From the human T2T-CHM13v2.0 reference genome, Homo sapiens: 64,000 nucleotides of DNA. The notes under the pieces were generated by a model. The model saw nothing but the letters and a program-made list of their open reading frames with translations. It was not told the DNA's origin and searched no databases. Both the position numbers and the translations under genes were made by a program. Location of the stretch: NCBI RefSeq assembly GCF_009914755.1, contig NC_060927.1. One strand, given 5' to 3'. Below are positions 53,620 to 64,000 of this stretch, one piece after another (the stretch's first letter is position 1; each line of letters starts with the position of its first letter).

Positions 53620-54851
53620 TGATTTCAAACTATACTATAAGGCCATAGCTACCAAAACAGCCCTGACTGGTATAAAATAGACACATAGACCAATGGAACA
53701 GAATAGAGAACCCAGAAATAAACTCAAATACTTACAGCCAACTGATCTTCAAGAAAGCAAACAAAAACATAAAGTGGGGAAAGGACACCCTTTTCAACAA
53801 ATGGTGCTGGGATAATTGGCTAGCCACATGTGGCAGAATGAAACTGCATCCTCATCTCTCACCTTCTACAAAAATCAACTCAAGATGGATTAAGGACTGA
53901 AATCTAAGACCTGAAACTATAAAAATTCTAGAAGATAACTTTGGGAAAACCTTCTAGACGTTGGCTTAGGCAAGGATTTCATAACCAAGAACCCAAAAGC
54001 AAAGCAATGAAAACAAAGAGAAATAGCTAGGACTTAATTAAGCTAAAGAGCTTTTGCACGGCAAAAGGGATAGTCAGCAGAGTAAACAAGCAACCCATAG
54101 AGTGGGAAAAAATCTTCACAATCTATACATCTGACAAAGAACTAATATCCAGAATCTACAATGAACTCAAACAAATCAACAAGAAAAAAATAAACAATCC
54201 CATCAAAAAGTGGGCTAAGAATATGAATAGACATTATCAAAAGAAGATCTACAAATGGCCAACAGACATATGAAAAAATGCTCAACATCAGTAATGATCA
54301 GGGAAATGCAGATCAAAACCACAATGCAATACCACCTTACTCCAGCAAGAATGGTCATAATAAAAAAGTAATAGATGTTTGTGTGGATGCAGTGAACAGG
54401 GAACACTCCTACACTGCTGGTGGGAATGTAAATGAGTACAATCACTATGGAAAACAGTGTGAAGATTCCTTAAAGAACTAAAAATAGAACTACCATTTGA
54501 TCCAGTAATCCCACTACTGGGTATCTACCCAGAGGAAAAGAAGTCATTATACGAAAAAGATGCTTGCACACGCATGTTTATAGCAGCACAATTCGCAATT
54601 GCAAAAACGTGGAACCAACCCAAATGCCCATCAATTAATGAAGGGATAAAGAAACTGTGGTGTATATATATGATGGAATATTACTCAGCTATAAAAAGGA
54701 ATGAATTAATGGCATTCACAGCGACCTGGATGAGATTGGAGACTATTATTCTAAGCGAAGTAACTCAGGAATGGAAAACCAAACATCGTATGTTCTCAAT
54801 CATAAGTGGGAGCTAAGTATGAGGATGCAAAGGCATAAGAATGACACAATG

Positions 54852-55152
54852 GGCCGGGCGCGGTGGCTCACACCTGTAATCCCAGCACTTTGGGAGCCTG
54901 AGGGGGACGGATCACCTGAGGTTGGGAGTTCAAGACCAGCCTGACCAACATGGAGAAACCCTGTCTCTACTAAAAATACAAAAATTAACTGGGCATGGTG
55001 GTGCATGCCTGTAATCCCAGCTACTCAGGAGGCTGAGGCAGGAGAATCACTTGAACCCAGGAGGTAGAGGTTTCAGTAAGCCGAGATCGCACCATTGCAC
55101 TCCAGCCTGGGCAACAAAAGCAAAACTCCATCTCAAAAAAAAAAAAAAAAAA
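54852..55152 (+). mobile_element. Alu inside the L1PB 3'UTR
   Basis: TSD aagaatgacacaatgg. Confidence 0.94.
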
Positions 55153-56155
55153 GAATGACACAATGGACTTTGGAGACTTGGGGGAAAGGCTGGGAAGAGG
55201 GTGAGGGATAAAAGACTACAAATAGGGTTCGGTGTATACTGCTCAGGTGATGGGTGCAGCAAAATCTCACACATCACCACTAAATAACTTACTCATGTAA
55301 CCAAACACCACCTTTTCCCCAATAATCTATGGAAATAAAAAAAATTTTTTTTCAAAGGAAAGACTTAGGTGAGGAAGGACTTAAGTGAGGAAGAAGGGCC
55401 TTAATGCACGCCATGAGCCTGCAGGTTTAGGTAGAACAAGAGGATGAGAGGAGGGCGGCCCTTGGCAAGACGGGAGGGTCATAGTAAGGAAGAATTTGCA
55501 TGTCAGGTGGAAAGTTTGTACTTAACCTAGTAGACATTGGGAGCCATTAAAGTCTTTTGTTTCCCAAGGAATTCTTTGCCTCAAATCCTTTTGTATCTAA
55601 TATTGTACTTATTTTATAGCTTCCTTTCAGGGCAGACTAGTGTCATGCTTTCCAGAGTTTACAAAGCAAATTCAACAACAGCTTTCCACATTTGACAACT
55701 GTTTTTGCTATCATAAAGTGTTTGGGGGGTGAGTTTGATCTTTGGCAGAAGAGTTCTACTTGTTTCAAAGTAAAGATTCAGACTGATCTACATCAGCCTC
55801 CTGGGTGACAAGTCTACATGGTTTCCATTTGGCTCTAACTGGAAACAGTCAAACGATTTCCATGCCGGCCTCTTTGTGGACAAGAGGCTTTTGGCCTGCT
55901 GCTTGGAAAGTTGTCCCCACAATGCCATTGAGGCAAAACCTGCACTAGGAAACCTGTGCCTATTATTATTCCTCTCATTTGGAGTGATAAGAACATTTAG
56001 AGCAATACAAGAACTTGACAGCTTTACATTGAGCAACCATTTATAAGTTAATAAAGGAAGCAAAATACCTTCTTTCTATGTTTGCAGGAGTTAAAGATTT
56101 TTGTCCAAATCAGTCTTGCCTCAGTGTACCCCTGAAGATGAAGAGTTATTAAAAC

Positions 56156-56338
56156 AAGGGTCCTCAAATTTGAGCAGCCTCAGAGGTACCCAGAGGGCTT
56201 GTTAAAACACAGATTGCTGGGCGCCACCCCTCAGGTTCTGAGTAAGTAGGTCTGAGTGAAGCTGGACAGTGTGCATTTCTATCCAGTTCCCAGGGTGCTG
56301 ATGCTGCTGGTCCGAGGATCACACTTTGAGAATCACTG
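56156..56338. mobile_element. MER5A
   Basis: gagggcttgttaaaacacagattgctggg...tgcatttcta...cacactttgagaatcactg. Confidence 0.75.
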
Positions 56339-58026
56339 TTTTGGACTTGAAAAAATCAGACTGTCTGCTCCTGATTTATTTTGCACAATGAAGAAAATCA
56401 GAGAGCAGACCGAGGCTCTGAGATGCCTCTTCTCTGCCCTGAAAACCGCAGAACAGACAAGACTCAGTCCCATTTCCATTCTGGCTTCTCTGTCTTCTCC
56501 TATACTGTCTTCTATACTTTCTTCTTCTATACTCAGGGAAGCCACCTCTGAGCCCCATGGCTCTCTGTACCATGGGGATACAGGAACTAGGAATCGTGGG
56601 CCTGGAAGTTGATCGGTGCTCAAGTGGATGATGTCTGGCTTGGTCTATGCCTAGTCACAAACCTGCGAGGTCCACAAAGAGCCAAAAGATAGCTGAAGAT
56701 TGGAAGTCACTGTAAGGTTGTCAGGAATAGCCACCCTCAGTTTAGATGGTTTCTCTGAGCCCTATTCAGCCAGTGCTGCCTTGTTGCCTCAAGGCCCCCA
56801 AAGTTCTTGAAAGACCCAGTGAGGACTTGGGGTATCCTGTGCCTGTTCATTCCCAGCCCAAGCCCCACAGACAACCTCCAGGGCTGTTTCAATTTTGGAG
56901 GATTTAGGACAGGGAGAGCCAGTAAGTGACTTAGGCATGTACATGGGGCAAAAATCCAACCATAAAATGGTATGTCCACAAACTTGGGATTGATCAGAAC
57001 TTTACTACAGTACCATGCCACCCAAGTGGCAAATACACTTCCCCAAATAAGGCATTGTTGCTTATATCATAGCCACAGTCCACAGAAATACCAGTGGCAT
57101 TAAGGAATGCAAAGACCAAGTTCAAAAGTCAAGATGTAATCTTCAAAACAGCTTTATTAGTTCCAAAACAGGAAGTTACCAGTTATAATCCTGCAATTAT
57201 TTTATTTGGGGCTTCATCCTGGGGTGACAGCTAAACAATGGAAACCTTTATAGAAAGGTCCCAAGGCCCAAGGTGTGAATCATCAAACACTACATTTTGC
57301 CTTCTTAAGTCCTATAATCAAGCAAACAGTTTATGTTCTGGTTTATAAAACTAGGACTTACACAGGAAATTACACACGTTCCTTTTCGATGGAAAGAAGC
57401 TATTTTTAACAACTTGAAAAAATAATTCAACCACTAGGAGAAGGTCTACCAGGGCCTGGCATCCACAGATGAACATTTGAGTAGTGGTTAATCTGATGCC
57501 CCCCAGAATGTAGGATGCCCACCTGTTCTGGCGGTCCCAGAAGAGGCCAGCAAGCGAAGGATATGGAGAGCCTTTCTGGGGGATGCTGGTTCCATGAAAA
57601 TTTACACCTGACCTTTGAGTACTGGCCCATTTAGGAAACAGGGCTCTCCTTGGAAGAAATGAGAAGAGGTTTGTCAGCTGTGTTAGGAGAGGAGGTTCCA
57701 CGCAGTCAGACCACATGAAAAAAGGCTCACAGGAGGAAGGTGCCTGGCGTATTAGGCATCTGGAGGGGTGACTTTCGCCATAGAGCAGTCATTGGGAAAG
57801 AGGCTGGAAATGTGACTGAAGAGGCCAGTGGACCCACGTGACTGAAAGCCATGAATGCTGAGTTCAGGAGTTAGATTTTCTCCTGTGTGCAAAGGGGGAG
57901 ACATGATGGTTTTGAAGCAGGACAGTAGCATAGTGAGAACAGGATTTTTGAAAAGCATCTTTGGCAGTTTTGCAGAATGTGCTTTAGAGAGAGGAATAGT
58001 TAGAGGATAGGAGACTAGTTATGGGC

Positions 58027-59125
<1,099 letters not shown>

Positions 59126-60794
59126 AGTGGTAGGAAAAGCAGGAAGCTTTTACACTGGTTCAGGCAAGAGAAGATAAAGTGAGGCTGCAGTGATAGAAAG
59201 ATGGAGTCTCGATATATTTAGAAGGAAGAGAATTGACAGGACCTAGTAGCCAGTTCAAAGAGGGTGGTGAGAAAGATTCTCAAGTCCAGGACACCTGGGG
59301 AAGCTTGGCAATTGACCAAAGAGAAAATGAGAGGAAGCACAAGGCTGGGTGGGTCCATACTAGATCTGTGGAGTGGCTGCCAGGGAAGGTGTGCCATTGT
59401 CCTCCTGACCCTCAGGGAGACAGTGGTAGAAGGAAGGACCCTTGCACATGAAGTTTCTTCACCAGGTTGCTCCCATTTCAGTGTTTCAGTGACGTATGAA
59501 AGCCAGAGATAATGCTGGCAAGCGAGGCACTAAAACTGTGTCCTACGTGCCTCTACCACCACTATTTCACAATGCTTCCCAGCCGTCCTCACAATGCTTC
59601 TAAGAGATGGGTATTATGATCTCTATTTTGCCAGAGGAAATTTAGATTCGGAGAAGTCAAGTGACTTTCCAAGGAGTTTCATAGCATTTTCCGGAGAGGT
59701 TTTAAACCTGGAGATTCCGCACATCTCACTACACCACCCTGCCTCTTGGGCACAACCGGGCATAGCTATGCCACTGCTAAATTCTCCCAGACAGAGGGGA
59801 TAAATTAAAATGGTCATTGTTAGTGAGCCTGTTTTTGTTTCAAAGTAAAGAAATGTAAGATTAGGTAAAAAAGGGTTACGGTGAATACAGCTGGGGTGTA
59901 TCAAGTATTACCAAGGCCTGAGCACATACCCACCCTTACTCCAAGGAATTTGTTTTCAACCTAGGGAAAAGAATCCAGTTTTGCTTGAACTTTGGTTAAA
60001 GCCCTGGAGCAGGAAGTTCCTGTACTGAGCAATGCCAGCCTTCCTATTATCTAACAGGGCCACCGTAACTCATTAGAGGTCTAAATTCTGGAGAGTGGTT
60101 TTGACTAGCATTTTCCAAACTGGTTATTTTTCAGGCAGAGATGACATTGTGACCTCTCTTATCATCAGCTGGAGGGAGACTTTGATTGTTTTTCCCATGG
60201 GAGTACACATTAGACCAGGCCAATCACAGGCCTGGAAGTCTCTTCCTCTCCAAGGGCACACGTTTGTGCCACACTGGCTAAGTTAGGGATGTAGACTGGC
60301 TAAGATGACGTATTTCCTTGCAAAGCTGAGCAGCTGTAAAGGAATTTAGCTTTTGGCTTTCAGCCTCGGCCCTATTGGTCACCACTGCTTTCTATCATGC
60401 CAGAAGGAGACAAAAAGAAATGGATGCCACATGTGATCAGTATCCACATCATTCATCATTCTGGGCAGTCAACTTACGTTTTCAAATGCATTTTTCTCTG
60501 TGAAGAGATTTTACAAATAGAAAAATCATATTTCATCTTGTTCACGAGTGGTCTCAAGGCATTATTGCAAACACTGTACTTGGAAAAGCACTGAACAGTG
60601 AGATAAAGTTTCCATAACACGATTGCAGTTTACACTCTATTAGTCATTGATTCATTGATTCATTGAACAAACATTTATTAAATACCTACCATGTGCCAGA
60701 TACTATTCTAGTGTGAATAATGTAGCACTGTTATATCATTCATGACAGCTGTCATTTGCTATCATTCCCATGCCTTACTTAGATGTAAGGATGA

Positions 60795-61205
<411 letters not shown>

Positions 61206-62528
61206 TAATCCAACAACCCAGCAGATTAGATTCATGTCCAAAGAAACCAATCAAATCCTTTTTTTAATAGCATACTTTCTACTCTTTTTCCCCAACCGGC
61301 AACCTAGGAAGGCCTGATGTCCAAATTTATCTCCTTTTCCTGAAAAGCAAGTTTTCCTTCCAGGCTTGAAAACTTATGCTTGATTATCCTTGACTCTGTT
61401 CTCTTCCTTGCTCTAACCACGCTAGTTAACATTCACTTAATGTTGGCTTCATAAGGGGAGGGATTTTTGTCTCTTTTGTTCTCCGTTGGGTCCCTGGCAC
61501 CTACACCACTGCCTGACACATAATAGGAGCTCGAAAATATTTGTTAAATGCTGAAGGAATTCAAGTCTTGTCTAGCTCCAGGGTTAGGCTCTCGATGGTG
61601 GACGTTGTGGACAAAATTAGTGTATAGTTAAATGATCCTTTAAAATTCCGTAATTTGCCCACACATTACAATATCTAGGCATATTATCTCTAAGTCCCAC
61701 ACAGTTTCTTCCCCAGTTTTGGAACAGATCACTTGGTCTTTCTTCAGTTGGATCCAGATGAAGTAGTTGGTTAGTGTTTAGGGGGCACATATAACTCTAA
61801 ACACTTGTAGGCCCCCAGAAAAAGTTTGAACGTGGGACTGCCAATTCCTATTTCCCATCTCATACTTACTGAGTGGATGAGCCCTCATTATGCCTGTGAT
61901 TATTTCTTTTCCTCCATTCCCTTCCTGTATTTTTCTTTGCCAAACTCCTAAACTTGAACTGACATAAATTAAATGTGGACCTGATGCTGTTTCCCAGCAC
62001 TGACAATAGACTCTACAAAAGCTGTGTCGACTGACAAGTGTGAACCAACCCCAGGAACCCTGAGCCCAGTCATGAATTCTACAAAGGCAGGATGGTTCTT
62101 TCTCCTTCAGATTTTCTCTTTTAAAGCTCAAAAAGGTAACAGCTTTTCAGGCTCCTTTAAAGGGCTGAATTCCTTCACAAGAACTATCACTTCCCCTAGA
62201 TCAGTGGGCAACTCATTCATCTTCTTCCAGGAAATTTCTAGATACATCATTTTCCTCTTCAAAGTAAAGGCAACAATCTAAATCTTAGATGGAATTTCCT
62301 TTCATGCAGAGTAATTTTGGGCTTCTTGTTCTAAAGAAGGAAGGATGTACTGAGTATAAAACGAGGACTTTAAAAATTATATATACAGTATTTCCTTGAC
62401 TATACTGCAAATGCATCTACTCACACAAGTCCAGTAAAGTACAAGCTAAAAGAATAAAGTCAGCTTAGCTGGTGACAAACAGGGGAACTATTGTCTAAAA
62501 ATAATAAAATACTTTGATTTTCTTGTAG

Positions 62529-62664
62529 GAATCAAGAAGAAAATTGAAGGTCTGATGGAAAGTGGTCCTTGGTTAGTGAAGTTGCATTAGGCAGATAATG
62601 GCATAGATGGAAAAGGAAGAGAAGGAGAAAATGGTTTATTGGAATTCATTCAAACTTTAACATG
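62529..62664 (+). pseudogene. LRR gene, coding exon 7 with in-frame TAG (GIKKKIEGLMESGPWLVKLH*ADNGIDGKGREGENGLLEFIQTLT)
   Basis: Acceptor ttgattttcttgtag|; donor ATG|gtaagt at 62665; 136 nt, phase 1/2; TAG at 62588-62590 where the LRR consensus needs Leu. Confidence 0.85.
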
Positions 62665-63253
62665 GTAAGTAGCAAGTTAAGAGGCTTTATTTGTTCACCT
62701 TTTAAAACTAAGTGCTTGAATTAAATCATGGGGATAATTATTTAACTGCACCTTTTTAGCAGTTTCCGATGAGGTTTTTCAGCTCTGAGAGCCAAGCAGT
62801 GACCCATCTTGGTCTTGGTACCTAACGTGGCAAACAGTTGTGTGTGGACCATAAAGCAGTCTCAAAGACCTCACTAGAAGCCCCATTTTAAGAAGTTGGC
62901 AACTGAGGAAAAACAGGAAGTATGACCTCCCAATTTTTCTTTCTTAAAGTCAGGATATAATGTAAAATGTAATCAATGTGACCTGAGGAAGAAGGGCGGC
63001 CTACTCAGGAGTGAACACTCTTTTGTGTTTGATTACAAAGTTGTCCCAGCCTCCTCAGGCAGAAGGACACAGCTATTCTCAAAAGCTTCTCAAAAACAGG
63101 ATATTTCCTTACCTTGTTTGTCTTGAGAATCTTAGGCATTTCCCTGTCCAGGCCTACTGAGTCCACATCCCCAGTGGGCCAAGTAGGATTTGCAGCTACT
63201 GTAGAAAAAGCTTGCTGGGTGGAAACGACTCCAAGATATATAGTTTCAGGTAG

Positions 63254-63653
<400 letters not shown>

Positions 63654-63689
63654 CTACTTATTATTTTAGAAGAAAAATATTCCTTCTCT

Positions 63690-64000
63690 GTCTGGGCATG
63701 GTGGCTCACACCTGTAATCCCAGCACTTTGGGAGGCCGAGGTGGACAAATTACTTGAGGTCAGGAGTTTGAGACCAGCCTGCCCAACATGGTGAAACCGC
63801 ATCTCTACTAAAATACAAAACAATTAGCTGGGCATGGTGGCAGACACCTGTAATCCCAGCTACTCAGGAGGCTGAGACAGGAGAATCACTTGAACCCAGG
63901 AGGCAGAGGTTGCAGTGAGCCAAGATCGTGTGCACTCCAGCCTGGGCAACAGAATGAGACTTCATCATGAAAGAAAGAAAGGGAAGGGAAGGGAAGGAGA
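63690..64000 (+). mobile_element. Alu with polypurine tail running to the window edge
   Basis: Dimeric Alu followed by (GAAA/GGGAA)n. Confidence 0.9.

Noticed and set aside
57100-57720. Unique-looking region with a 121-aa minus-strand ORF and a reverse AATAAA near 57155
   Set aside because: No coherent splice structure or recognisable homology.
62588-62594. Programmed readthrough or selenocysteine at the in-frame stop
   Set aside because: The codon is TAG, not TGA, and the context TAG GCA G is not a known readthrough motif such as UGA CUAG.

Overview
Primate (human or great ape) genomic DNA, mostly interspersed repeats: about 25 Alus, a near full-length L1PA, older L1M/L1PB pieces, MaLR and ERV1 LTRs, MER5, and an antisense HERV-H plus HERV-F cluster at 41.1-52.2 kb. 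None of the long ORFs in the supplied track is a host gene. Reading splice sites by hand shows a + strand multi-exon gene downstream of a CpG island at about 9.4-10.4 kb. Seven GT-AG coding exons (12631-12810, 16022-16174, 30725-30873, 34299-34439, 35112-35257, 39670-39765, 62529-62664) join in compatible phases into one reading frame encoding an RNI-like leucine-rich-repeat protein. The frame is open for 308 codons, then hits a single in-frame TAG (62588-62590) inside an LRR motif and continues open to the next donor, so it looks like a recently inactivated unitary or polymorphic pseudogene that runs off the right edge. Also present: a TPT1 processed pseudogene (58.0-59.1 kb, - strand) and a weaker candidate divergent spliced transcript on the - strand at 0.9-3.8 kb. 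I do not recognise the LRR gene by name. Repeat subfamily calls come from recall of consensus sequences, not from a search.
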